Source: Escherichia coli
GTDB lineage: Bacteria; Pseudomonadota; Gammaproteobacteria; Enterobacterales; Enterobacteriaceae
Reading direction: 5' to 3' (one strand)
DNA length: 19,253 nucleotides
NCBI RefSeq assembly: GCF_003334335.1
Contig: NZ_QOWQ01000055.1
Below are positions 8,522-19,177 of this stretch, piece after piece. The notes under the pieces were generated by a model. It had not been told where the DNA came from. It was given only the letters and a program-made list of their open reading frames with translations, and ran no database searches. How positions within the stretch are numbered: the stretch's first letter is position 1; each line of letters begins with the position of its first letter. The position numbers were made by a program, and so were the translations under genes.

Positions 8522-9436
8522 ATGGCTGGTTTAAGGAATAACAACAACACACAGAATGCACAGTGGGCTGATTATGTGGGTGACATTCTTCGGGGGGCTC
8601 AGCCGATAAACCAGCTAGTACCTCAGCACCCTTATCTTAACGACGTCCCACTCATTGATGAGTTAAGGCATCAGAACACTCATCATGTTATTCCCTTGAC
8701 ACTTGATGTTGCAAAAAAAATACTCAGCCCAATAACATCATTTGATTACATTCATTTTATCACTACACATCCTTCAGGTATAAAAGATACACTCGCTTGG
8801 TTAGTTAACGCGGGTAAATTAATGACTGAGTTTGATGACAATGGGAAAATTATATTTAACCTTAATGCCTTAAAGTATACAAAAGCAAGTTACTTTGAAA
8901 TACTTGGAGAGAAATATATAAAAATCACAACATCCAGCCCCTGGCTTTTAGAAAAGCTCGGTAAATATATTTTCTCTTCACGAGCGCCTCAAGTTCTGGA
9001 ACTCGCTATTGGCTGGCGAGGAGCTTTATCTGAATCAATAAAAGGAGTTAAGTTCTGTATCTGGTTTTCAGTAGCCTGGAGAACCATAGAATTTATTATG
9101 AGTTCAGAGCGAGATCTGGTTAATTTTCTTGGCGATTTTTCAATGGATGTGGCCAAAGCAGTTATAGCCGGTGGTGTTGCAACCGCTATTGGAAGTCTGG
9201 CTTCTTTTGCCTGTGTTAGCTTTGGCTTTCCAGTAATTCTTGTCGGAGGAGCAATTTTACTGACAGGGATAGTGTGTACAGTTGTTTTAAATGAAATCGA
9301 TGCTCAATGCCATTTATCAGAAAAATTAAAATATGCAATTAGAGATGGACTAAAACGGCAACAGGAACTTGATAAATGGAAAAGGGAAAACATGACTCCA
9401 TTTATGTATGTTCTTAACACTCCACCCGTGATATGA
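8522..9436 (+). CDS. Hcp-linked 304-aa protein with soluble N-terminal domain and C-terminal small-xxx-small (glycine-zipper-like) transmembrane hairpin; likely the intact form of the yafU-type gene
   Basis: GGAGAG RBS 6 nt before ATG at 8522 (the track's 8507 start is a TTG). C-terminal hydrophobic segments VIAGGVATAIGSLASFACVSFGFPVILVGGAILLTGIVCTVVL. Position between hcp and ykfM matches where yafU sits in K-12 (from memory). Confidence 0.7.
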   Translation: MAGLRNNNNTQNAQWADYVGDILRGAQPINQLVPQHPYLNDVPLIDELRHQNTHHVIPLTLDVAKKILSPITSFDYIHFITTHPSGIKDTLAWLVNAGKLMTEFDDNGKIIFNLNALKYTKASYFEILGEKYIKITTSSPWLLEKLGKYIFSSRAPQVLELAIGWRGALSESIKGVKFCIWFSVAWRTIEFIMSSERDLVNFLGDFSMDVAKAVIAGGVATAIGSLASFACVSFGFPVILVGGAILLTGIVCTVVLNEIDAQCHLSEKLKYAIRDGLKRQQELDKWKRENMTPFMYVLNTPPVI

Positions 9437-9445
9437 GGATTAACC

Positions 9446-9925
9446 ATGCGTTTACATGTTAAATTAAAAGAGTTTCTTTCGATGTTTTTTATGGCCATAT
9501 TATTTTTCCCTGCATTCAATGCTTCTTTGTTTTTTACCGGAGTTAAACCTCTATATTCAATAATAAAATGCTCCACGGAAATATTTTATGATTGGAGAAT
9601 GTTGATTCTGTGCTTCGGTTTCATGTCGTTTTCCTTTTTAAATATTCATGTAATTTTACTTACGATAATAAAATCATTCTTAATCAAAAAAACGAAGGTA
9701 GTCAATTTCGCCACAGACATAACAATACAGCTAACTCTTATATTTTTACTAATAGCTATCGTAATAGCACCTTTAATAGCTCCTTTTGTCACAGGATATG
9801 TCAATACTAATTATCACCCCTGCGGTAATAATACGGGAATTTTCCCAGGAGCAATCTATATTAAAAATGGCATGAAATGTAATAATGGATATATTTCTCG
9901 CAAGGAAGATTCAGCAGTTAAATAA
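9446..9925 (+). CDS. ykfM: Small polytopic inner-membrane protein (159 aa), YkfM-like
   Basis: GAGG RBS; start 10 nt after the upstream stop; several hydrophobic helices; very AT-rich coding sequence; size and position match ykfM next to yafT in K-12 (from memory). Confidence 0.7.
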   Translation: MRLHVKLKEFLSMFFMAILFFPAFNASLFFTGVKPLYSIIKCSTEIFYDWRMLILCFGFMSFSFLNIHVILLTIIKSFLIKKTKVVNFATDITIQLTLIFLLIAIVIAPLIAPFVTGYVNTNYHPCGNNTGIFPGAIYIKNGMKCNNGYISRKEDSAVK

Positions 9926-10027
9926 TTAAATATTCTAAAACAAACAGTTTTTAACTCCGGATTCCATGTCCTTTCTTGCACTGTCTTTGTCAAGAAAAAT
10001 TTCTTATGCAAAGAATTTTGTATTATT

Positions 10028-10062
10028 GCCGCCAGAAATTCCTGGCGGCAGATATAATTTAT
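10028..10062 (+). terminator. Hairpin between convergent ykfM and yafT (probable bidirectional terminator)
   Basis: Stem gccgccag (10028-10035) / ctggcggc (10042-10049), loop aaattc, followed by a moderately T-rich tract. Confidence 0.4.
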
Positions 10063-10847
10063 TATTGATAGCGGTTAACCAAATCTTTTACCATCGCTTT
10101 ATAGGTCTTTTGCTTAAGTTGCATGATTTGCTGCTCTGTCATATCAGTCGTACTGGCTTCATTCTTGTCGGGCAATGGTGGAAGCACTTTATATTCATAA
10201 TTCACCGGCGACCAGGTAGCCCACTCACCTGTTGCCACATCCACCAGCGTGAAACGTACCAGGTAGCGCAGGGAGATAGCGTCAGTGAGTTTGTCATTTT
10301 TATAGTCGGACCATACTGTTGATTTCAGCGCAGAGTCATATTTTCCTGTCTGCAACATATCCTGGTAAACAATAATCGCTTTCTGATGTCCTTTTGCAGC
10401 CACAAAACGCAGTGCCTGCATCCAGTTCATATTCTCAGCACTGGCAACATCCTCGTTCTCATTTTTATCTTTGTTTTTGTTACAAGTCAGAGGCTTTTGC
10501 CTGTCCGGGATACCAGAGAATGTGGAAACAGTATAATATTTTCGCATCTCCTCCTGCATAATGGTTTCCGGTGCGCGGTTGCCGGATTGAACAAGTATTA
10601 CAGGAGAATTAAGGGGAACGCGGAACTCATCTCCATCAAGCGCAGCTTGAATATCCTCTTCGGATACGGCCAGAGTGGTTTCATTACCGAATAAATCTTT
10701 GTCTGTCAGTTGCTGGGGAGTGTTTTTATTAATATTACTTTGTGTGACTTGAGCTTTTTTCTTCTTTTCATCAATAGAAGATTCAGAGGCACATCCTGCA
10801 AGCAGCGAGAATAACACACATATGCAACAAAGCTTTTTTGAATTCAT
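10062..10847 (-). CDS. yafT: Lipoprotein YafT (261 aa)
   Basis: N-terminus [24 protein letters not shown] is a lipoprotein signal with lipobox LAGC; GAGGGAG RBS; size and position next to aspV match K-12 yafT (from memory). Confidence 0.8.
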
Positions 10848-11109
10848 AATTGGACACTCCCTCGCCTGTCATAATGATTAGAATATTTAGCATTGATAAC
10901 GGACTCTAATTATATACCTCACTTAAATAATAACAAACAAAATCAATTTGAAATATACATTCATTTAATCAATATAAATTTATTCTCTAGAAATATATTT
11001 AAGCTGAATGGTTCGATATCATTATTGAATTTTAATGAATGAGACAACAAGCGAGAATCACGCACCTACGCCAGAGTAAAATCATTGAACAGAGAAATGG
11101 TGGAATTCA

Positions 11110-11146
11110 AATACAAAAAAACCGCAAAATTAAAAATCTTGCGGCT
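11110..11146 (-). terminator. Rho-independent terminator downstream of aspV
   Basis: Minus-strand hairpin ccgcaagatttttaattttgcgg followed by a U-run (plus-strand A-run 11114-11121), ~30 nt after the tRNA 3' end. Confidence 0.6.
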
Positions 11147-11174
11147 CTCTGAACTCATTTTCATGAGTGAATAG

Positions 11175-11251
11175 TGGCGGAACGGACGGGACTCGAACCC
11201 GCGACCCCCTGCGTGACAGGCAGGTATTCTAACCGACTGAACTACCGCTCC
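11175..11251 (-). tRNA. aspV: tRNA-Asp (GUC), 77 nt with encoded CCA
   Basis: Reverse complement reads GGAGCGGTAGTTCAGTCGGTTAGAATACCTGCCTGTCACGCAGGGGGTCGCGGGTTCGAGTCCCGTCCGTTCCGCCA, the E. coli tRNA-Asp sequence as I recall it, with anticodon GUC in the loop. Confidence 0.95.
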
Positions 11252-11279
11252 GCGTTGTGTTCCGTTGGGAACGAGGCGA

Positions 11280-11308
11280 ATATTACGGATTGCCTCGACC
11301 TTCGTCAA
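11280..11308 (-). promoter_or_regulatory. Probable sigma70 promoter of aspV (TTGACG-17 nt-TAATAT) with GC-rich discriminator
   Basis: Minus strand: -35 TTGACG (11303-11308), 17-nt spacer, -10 TAATAT (11280-11285), then gcgcctc; AT-rich UP-like tract upstream; the tRNA starts ~28 nt downstream. Confidence 0.55.
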
Positions 11309-11383
11309 CGGTTTTTCTCATCTTTTGAATCGTTTGCTGCAAAAATCGCCCAAGTCGCTATTTTTAGCGCCTTTCACAGGTAT

Positions 11384-12115
11384 TTATGCTCGCCAGAGGC
11401 AACTTCCGCCTTTCTTCTGCACCAGATCGAGACGGGCTTCATGAGCTGCAATCTCTTCATCTGTCGCAAAAACAACGCGTAACTTACTTGCCTGACGTAC
11501 AATGCGCTGAATTGTTGCTTCACCTTGTTGCTGTTGTGTCTCTCCTTCCATCGCAAAAGCCATCGACGTTTGACCACCGGTCATCGCCAGATAAACTTCC
11601 GCAAGGATCTGGGCATCGAGTAATGCCCCGTGCAGCGTTCGTTTACTGTTATCTATTTCGTAGCGAGCACATAACGCATCGAGGCTGTTGCGCTTACCGG
11701 GAAACATTTTCCTCGCCACCGCAAGGCTATCGGTGACCTTACAGAAAGTATTGGTCTTCGGAATATCGCGCTTAAGCAACGAAAACTCGTAGTCCATAAA
11801 GCCGATATCGAACGCTGCGTTATGGATCACCAACTCCGCGCCGCGAATATAGTCCATGAACTCATCGGCTACTTCGGCAAACGTGGGCTTATCGAGCAAA
11901 AATTCATCGGCAATACCATGTACGCCAAAGGCTTCCGGATCCACCAGCCGATCGGGTTTGAGATAAACATGGAAGTTATTGCCCGTCAGGCGACGGTTCA
12001 CCACTTCAACGGCACCAATCTCAATGATCTTGTGGCCTTCATAGTGCGCACCAATCTGGTTCATACCGGTGGTTTCGGTATCGAGAACGATCTGGCGTGT
12101 AATTGCAGTGCTCAT
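11384..12115 (-). CDS. dnaQ: DNA polymerase III epsilon subunit (3'-5' proofreading exonuclease)
   Basis: Translation [20 protein letters not shown]...GGSCLWRA recognised as DnaQ (243 aa). An in-frame ATG three codons upstream (12122-12124) is an alternative start. Confidence 0.95.
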
Positions 12116-12179
12116 AGCGGTCATTTATGTCAGACTTGTCGTTTTACAGTTCGATTCAATTACAGGAAGTCTACCAGAG
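12116..12179. promoter_or_regulatory. Divergent dnaQ / rnhA promoter region
   Basis: 64-bp gap between divergent start codons; a possible rnhA promoter is TTGTCG-17 nt-ATTACA. Known from the literature to carry overlapping divergent promoters; individual sites not confidently resolved here. Confidence 0.45.
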
Positions 12180-12647
12180 ATGCTTAAACAGGTAGAAATT
12201 TTCACCGATGGTTCGTGTCTGGGCAATCCAGGACCTGGGGGTTACGGCGCTATTTTACGCTATCGCGGACGCGAGAAAACCTTTAGCGCTGGCTACACCC
12301 GCACCACCAACAACCGTATGGAGTTGATGGCCGCTATTGTCGCGCTGGAGGCGTTAAAAGAACATTGCGAAGTCATTTTGAGTACCGACAGCCAGTATGT
12401 CCGCCAGGGTATCACCCAGTGGATCCATAACTGGAAAAAACGTGGCTGGAAAACCGCAGACAAAAAACCAGTAAAAAATGTCGATCTCTGGCAACGTCTT
12501 GATGCTGCATTGGGGCAGCATCAAATCAAATGGGAATGGGTTAAAGGCCATGCCGGACACCCGGAAAACGAACGCTGTGATGAACTGGCTCGTGCCGCGG
12601 CGATGAATCCCACACTGGAAGATACAGGCTACCAAGTTGAAGTTTAA
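12180..12647 (+). CDS. rnhA: Ribonuclease HI
   Basis: [28 protein letters not shown]...TGYQVEV, 155 aa. The track's upstream-extended ORF from 12069 is rejected in favour of the ATG at 12180. Confidence 0.95.
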
Positions 12648-13366
12648 GCCTGTGGTTTACGACATTGCCGGGTGGCTCCAACCGCCTGGCGAATTCGTGG
12701 CTTGTTTTTACTCTGTTTCATCGGATTTAGCGTTAAAGGAATAGTCCGTTTCCGGGCAACAATAAGTTGTAAGCAACCAAGCGCAGGAATATGCGCATTC
12801 AATAGTTTTCCTCCGTGTTTGTTCCACGGGAGAACGTGGAAACGGCTGGCGTGTAGCACTTCAAAATTCAACAAAGAGAGCCAGTCCAGCTGCCGCATCA
12901 GAGTAAACATCCGGCTGTTATAGGGCGAGGTTTTGCGCAATACCGGCACAAGTTTGCGTAATCCCATAAAACTGATGGGATTGAAGCCACTAATGACCAG
13001 CCAGCCATCATCAATCAATACCCGATCGGCTTCACGCAATAAACGATGCGGATCGGTGCACCACGGCAATGTATGTGCCAGTAGACAAACATCAACGGAT
13101 TTATCGGCAAAAGGAAGATGAAGTGGGTCCGCCTGTACCTGGACGGGCATTCCTTGCGCAGAAACATTCACTTGATGAGAAACCGCGCACGCTTCGCAAT
13201 TGATTTCTGCGCTTAAATTGCCAATCTTAAGCAGATGAAAACCATACATTTTAGTGAACCACGGGTTGAGCTGGCGCTCCAGCGCCTTGCGATAAAGCTT
13301 TCCCCAGGGCAAATCGCCCCAGCAATCAGGAGCCACGACAGTTTGAGGGACTCTTGCCGGTTTCAT
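12644..13366 (-). CDS. yafS: Putative SAM-dependent methyltransferase YafS
   Basis: Translation [37 protein letters not shown]... recognised as YafS (240 aa; the track ORF adds 6 upstream codons). 3' end overlaps rnhA by 4 bp in convergent orientation. Confidence 0.85.
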
Positions 13367-13396
13367 CACAACCTTCCGTTTCACACTGAGAGGTAA

Positions 13397-14155
<759 letters not shown>

Positions 14156-14226
14156 TAAAACTTTCTTGTCATCGGCTCCGTTCGCCGTTATGATCGGTCG
14201 TCTTTTAAGCAACTATTGACACACAC

Positions 14227-15585
14227 ATGAAGGCAAAAGCGATATTACTCGCCTCTGTCCTGCTCGTGGGTTGCCAGAGTACCGGCAACGTTCAACAGCA
14301 CGCACAGAGCCTTTCTGCAGCTGGTCAAGGGGAAGCAGCAAAGTTTACAAGTCAGGCACGATGGATGGACGATGGGACGTCTATCGCGCCAGATGGTGAC
14401 TTGTGGGCTTTCATTGGCGACGAGCTAAAGATGGGAATTCCGGAAAATGACCGGATTCGCGAACAGAAACAGAAATATTTACGCAATAAGAGCTATCTCC
14501 ACGATGTAACTTTACGGGCAGAGCCGTATATGTACTGGATAGCAGGGCAAGTTAAAAAACGTAACATGCCTATGGAACTGGTACTACTACCCATAGTGGA
14601 GAGCGCTTTTGATCCTCACGCAACGTCTGGCGCCAATGCCGCAGGCATCTGGCAGATCATTCCGAGCACGGGGCGCAATTATGGTTTGAAACAGACCCGC
14701 AATTATGACGCGCGTCGCGATGTTGTTGCTTCAACAACTGCCGCGCTGAATATGATGCAGCGTCTGAACAAAATGTTTGACGGCGACTGGCTTCTGACCG
14801 TAGCGGCTTATAACAGCGGCGAAGGTCGGGTCATGAAGGCAATTAAAACGAACAAAGCGCGTGGGAAATCCACGGACTTCTGGTCGTTACCGTTGCCGCA
14901 GGAAACGAAGCAGTACGTGCCTAAAATGCTGGCATTGAGTGATATTCTCAAAAACAGCAAGCGTTATGGCGTACGTCTGCCAACGACCGATGAAAGCCGT
15001 GCTCTGGCGCGTGTGCACCTGAGCAGCCCGGTTGAAATGGCGAAGGTAGCAGATATGGCGGGGATTTCCGTCAGCAAGCTGAAGACATTCAACGCTGGCG
15101 TAAAAGGCTCCACGCTGGGCGCAAGTGGCCCGCAGTACGTGATGGTGCCAAAGAAGCATGCAGATCAACTGCGTGAATCTCTGGCTTCAGGCGAAATTGC
15201 TGCTGTACAGTCGACGCTGGTTGCCGACAATACGCCGCTTAACAGCCGTGTTTACACCGTACGCTCTGGCGACACGCTTTCAAGTATCGCTTCACGTCTC
15301 GGCGTAAGCACCAAAGATTTGCAGCAGTGGAACAAACTGCGCGGATCTAAGCTGAAGCCAGGCCAAAGTTTGACGATTGGTGCAGGCAGTAGCGCACAGC
15401 GACTGGCAAACAACAGCGATAGCATTACGTATCGTGTGCGCAAAGGCGATTCGCTTTCAAGCATTGCTAAACGCCACGGCGTGAACATCAAAGATGTGAT
15501 GCGCTGGAACAGCGACACTGCGAATCTGCAACCAGGCGATAAGCTGACGTTGTTTGTGAAAAACAACAACATGCCAGATTCCTGA
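14227..15585 (+). CDS. mltD: Membrane-bound lytic murein transglycosylase D (lipoprotein with C-terminal LysM repeats)
   Basis: 452 aa; lipoprotein signal MKAKAILLASVLLVGCQS; two LysM-like repeats near the C-terminus (YTVRSGDTLSSIASRLGV..., YRVRKGDSLSSIAKRHGV...). Confidence 0.93.
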   Translation: MKAKAILLASVLLVGCQSTGNVQQHAQSLSAAGQGEAAKFTSQARWMDDGTSIAPDGDLWAFIGDELKMGIPENDRIREQKQKYLRNKSYLHDVTLRAEPYMYWIAGQVKKRNMPMELVLLPIVESAFDPHATSGANAAGIWQIIPSTGRNYGLKQTRNYDARRDVVASTTAALNMMQRLNKMFDGDWLLTVAAYNSGEGRVMKAIKTNKARGKSTDFWSLPLPQETKQYVPKMLALSDILKNSKRYGVRLPTTDESRALARVHLSSPVEMAKVADMAGISVSKLKTFNAGVKGSTLGASGPQYVMVPKKHADQLRESLASGEIAAVQSTLVADNTPLNSRVYTVRSGDTLSSIASRLGVSTKDLQQWNKLRGSKLKPGQSLTIGAGSSAQRLANNSDSITYRVRKGDSLSSIAKRHGVNIKDVMRWNSDTANLQPGDKLTLFVKNNNMPDS

Positions 15586-15603
15586 CAAACCAGATAATAA
15601 AAA

Positions 15604-15632
15604 GGCACCGATTCCCCCGGTGCCTTTTTTAT
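15604..15632. terminator. Bidirectional rho-independent terminator between convergent mltD and yafE
   Basis: Stem ggcaccg (15604-15610) / cggtgcc (15618-15624), loop attcccc, T-run 15625-15630; an A-run precedes it, giving a U-run for the minus-strand transcript. Confidence 0.7.
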
Positions 15633-16256
15633 TTATGCCGCTTTATGTGCATCTACCATGATGATATCACTGGTGAAAAAGCCATCATTCTGCAAGGCAA
15701 AATACGTTCTCACCTCTGTCGATGCGCTCTGTTGGTAAATGCGAATAGCGTCTACTAACGCTTCTGGCGTACGCATTCTCGCGACCCATGAAGAAAATTC
15801 CAGCGGTAACTTATCTGTAATTAAATTATCAACTATCAGATTGGCTTCATTGATTAACGTCAACCACTCACCGCTGGCGTAGTTTCGTACGTGAGAGGTA
15901 TCGCGTAATGCTTCTACCGTCTGTAACCAGATGTCGCGCACTGGGTGACCCGGAGACATTACGTCCATCACAATCAGCCTACCGCCAGGTTTCAATATCC
16001 TATTCACTTCTCGCAGTGCTGCACCAACATCATGCCAGTGATGGGCAGAATAACGGCTGATAACAATATCAAATGCGTTATCGGCAAATGGCAGACTTTC
16101 GGCATATCCCTGGCGGGTGGTGATATTTTTCAGTTGCCGGGCTTCGGCAGCTTGTGCCACGACATCCAGCATGTGGGCAGATAAGTCATACGCCACCACC
16201 GCGCTCACGTTTTGCGCAGCGCCAAACGTTGGTCTGCCCTGTGGCAGACCTGACAT
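15633..16256 (-). CDS. yafE: Putative class I SAM-dependent methyltransferase YafE (207 aa; motif I not evident)
   Basis: Contains post-I (VVAYDLSAHML), motif II (LPFADNAFDIVIS) and motif III (ILKPGGRLIV) signatures; starts 3 nt after the yafD stop. Confidence 0.85.
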   Translation of the reverse strand: MSGLPQGRPTFGAAQNVSAVVAYDLSAHMLDVVAQAAEARQLKNITTRQGYAESLPFADNAFDIVISRYSAHHWHDVGAALREVNRILKPGGRLIVMDVMSPGHPVRDIWLQTVEALRDTSHVRNYASGEWLTLINEANLIVDNLITDKLPLEFSSWVARMRTPEALVDAIRIYQQSASTEVRTYFALQNDGFFTSDIIMVDAHKAA

Positions 16257-16259
16257 ACC

Positions 16260-17300
<1,041 letters not shown>

Positions 17301-18215
17301 ATGAAAGCCACGTCGGAAGAACTCGCCATTTTTGTTTCGGTCGTCGAAAGCGGCAGCTTTAGCCGGGCAGCGGAACAATTAGGGCAAGCAAACTCAGCGG
17401 TAAGCCGGGCGGTGAAAAAGCTGGAGATGAAACTTGGCGTTAGCCTGCTTAATCGGACCACGCGACAACTTAGCCTGACGGAAGAAGGCGAGCGTTATTT
17501 TCGTCGCGTACAGTCAATTTTGCAGGAGATGGCAGCGGCAGAATCAGAAATTATGGAGACGCGTAATACACCGCGTGGACTGTTACGGATCGATGCCGCA
17601 ACTCCAGTGGTGCTGCACTTTCTGATGCCGTTAATTAAGCCTTTCCGTGAACGCTATCCGGAAGTCACTTTGTCGCTAGTCTCCTCCGAAACGATTATTA
17701 ATTTGATCGAAAGAAAAGTGGATGTCGCGATACGCGCTGGTACGTTAACGGATTCCAGCTTACGTGCCAGGCCGTTATTTAACAGTTATCGAAAAATTAT
17801 CGCCTCCCCCGATTATATTTCCCGCTACGGGAAGCCAGAAACGATCGACGATTTAAAGCAACATATTTGCCTGGGATTCACTGAACCCGCTTCCCTCAAT
17901 ACCTGGCCGATAGCCCGTAGCGATGGACAATTACATGAGGTGAAGTACGGTTTGTCATCCAATAGTGGGGAAACACTGAAACAGCTTTGCCTGAGTGGCA
18001 ACGGGATTGCGTGTTTGTCCGACTACATGATCGACAAAGAAATCGCTCGCGGAGAATTGGTGGAGTTAATGGCAGATAAAGTGTTGCCAGTGGAAATGCC
18101 ATTCAGTGCCGTCTATTACAGCGACCGTGCGGTAAGTACGCGCATCCGGGCTTTTATCGATTTCCTTAGCGAGCATGTAAAAACAGCTCCCGGAGGAGCT
18201 GTCAGAGAGGCTTAA
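17301..18215 (+). CDS. yafC: LysR-family transcriptional regulator YafC
   Basis: 304 aa; N-terminal helix-turn-helix ([23 protein letters not shown]); AGGAG RBS. Confidence 0.9.
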
Positions 18216-19015
18216 TCCCATTCAGGAGCCAGACCTTCCGGGCTAACCAGGCGGTCGTTGCAATCCAGTGCGGCGATCGCTTTTTTATCTTCGGCATCAA
18301 GCTGTAAATTTTGTGCCTTAAGATTACTTTCCAGGTTTTTACGTTTAGTAGAAGAAGGAATTACTGAGTAACCTTCCCCCATAGCCCACGCCAGAATCAC
18401 TTGTGCCGGAGTCGCATTGTGTTTAGCTGCGATACGAGCAATAACCTCATCTTTCAGGGCCTTACCATACGCCAGCGTCATATAGGAAGTAATATGGATG
18501 CCGTGCTGTTTAGCCCAGGCAACCACTTTACGGTTTTGCAGATAAGGAGAGAGTTCAATCTGGTTAGTAGCGATGTTTTCAGCACCAACAGCAGCAATCG
18601 CTTTTTCCATCAACGGGATCGTGAAGTTGGAAATACCGATCTCACGCGTCAGCCCTTGTTTTTTGGCTTCCAGCAGCGCCTGCATAAACTCTTCAACAGA
18701 GACTTCATCGTTTGGTGACGGCCAGTGGATTAGCGTCAGATCAACATAATCGGTACGCAATTTTTGCAGGCTCTCTTTCAGACTTGGGATCAATTTGTCT
18801 TTGCTGAGATTTTCAATCCAGATTTTAGTGGTGATGTAGAGTTCATGACGTGGCACGCCACTTTCTGCAATCGCCTGACCTACTGCGGCTTCGTTATCAT
18901 AGATTTGTGCGGTATCAATTGCGCGATAACCAAGTTCAAGCGCCGTTATCACAGATGAAATAACAACGTCGTCTTTCAGACGGAAAGTACCTAAACCAAA
19001 TGCAGGGATAGCCAT
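18212..19015 (-). CDS. dkgB: 2,5-diketo-D-gluconate reductase B (aldo-keto reductase)
   Basis: 267 aa; aldo-keto reductase motifs; 3' end overlaps yafC by 4 bp in convergent orientation. Confidence 0.92.
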
Positions 19016-19136
19016 AATATGCCTCTTTTAATGCTATTTTCGTTAACTGAGGTGATTATGGGCTTCAGACTGTTGAGGAAAAAGAGCGTAAAATGCAGAG
19101 GATTTTTGCGATTCTGGCAATAATAGATATACAGAC

Positions 19137-19165
19137 GAAAAAAAACCTCGAGCGTTAACTCGAGG
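19137..19165 (-). terminator. Rho-independent terminator downstream of aspU (end of the rRNA operon in K-12)
   Basis: Minus-strand hairpin cctcgag-ttaacg-ctcgagg (plus 19146-19165) followed by a U-run (plus-strand A-run ending 19145). Confidence 0.65.
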
Positions 19166-19177
19166 CTTCTTAATAAG

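Noticed and set aside
9304-9810. ORFs 9304-9576 (-) and 9592-9810 (+) within the AT-rich ykfM region.
   Set aside because: Short ORFs arise easily in AT-rich sequence; both overlap better-supported genes, and the plus-strand one is out of frame with ykfM.
11066-11482. ORFs 11066-11308 (-) and 11174-11482 (+) overlapping the tRNA-Asp gene and its promoter.
   Set aside because: They overlap a tRNA with a near-perfect match to tRNA-Asp; no RBS and no recognisable protein.
12069-12647. The 192-aa upstream-extended version of rnhA.
   Set aside because: The extension runs through the dnaQ start and promoter region; RNase HI is 155 aa starting MLKQVEIF at 12180.
14887-16184. Antisense or internal ORFs within mltD and yafE (14887-15168, 15252-15608, 15945-16184).
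   Set aside because: Fully contained in or antisense to well-recognised conserved genes.
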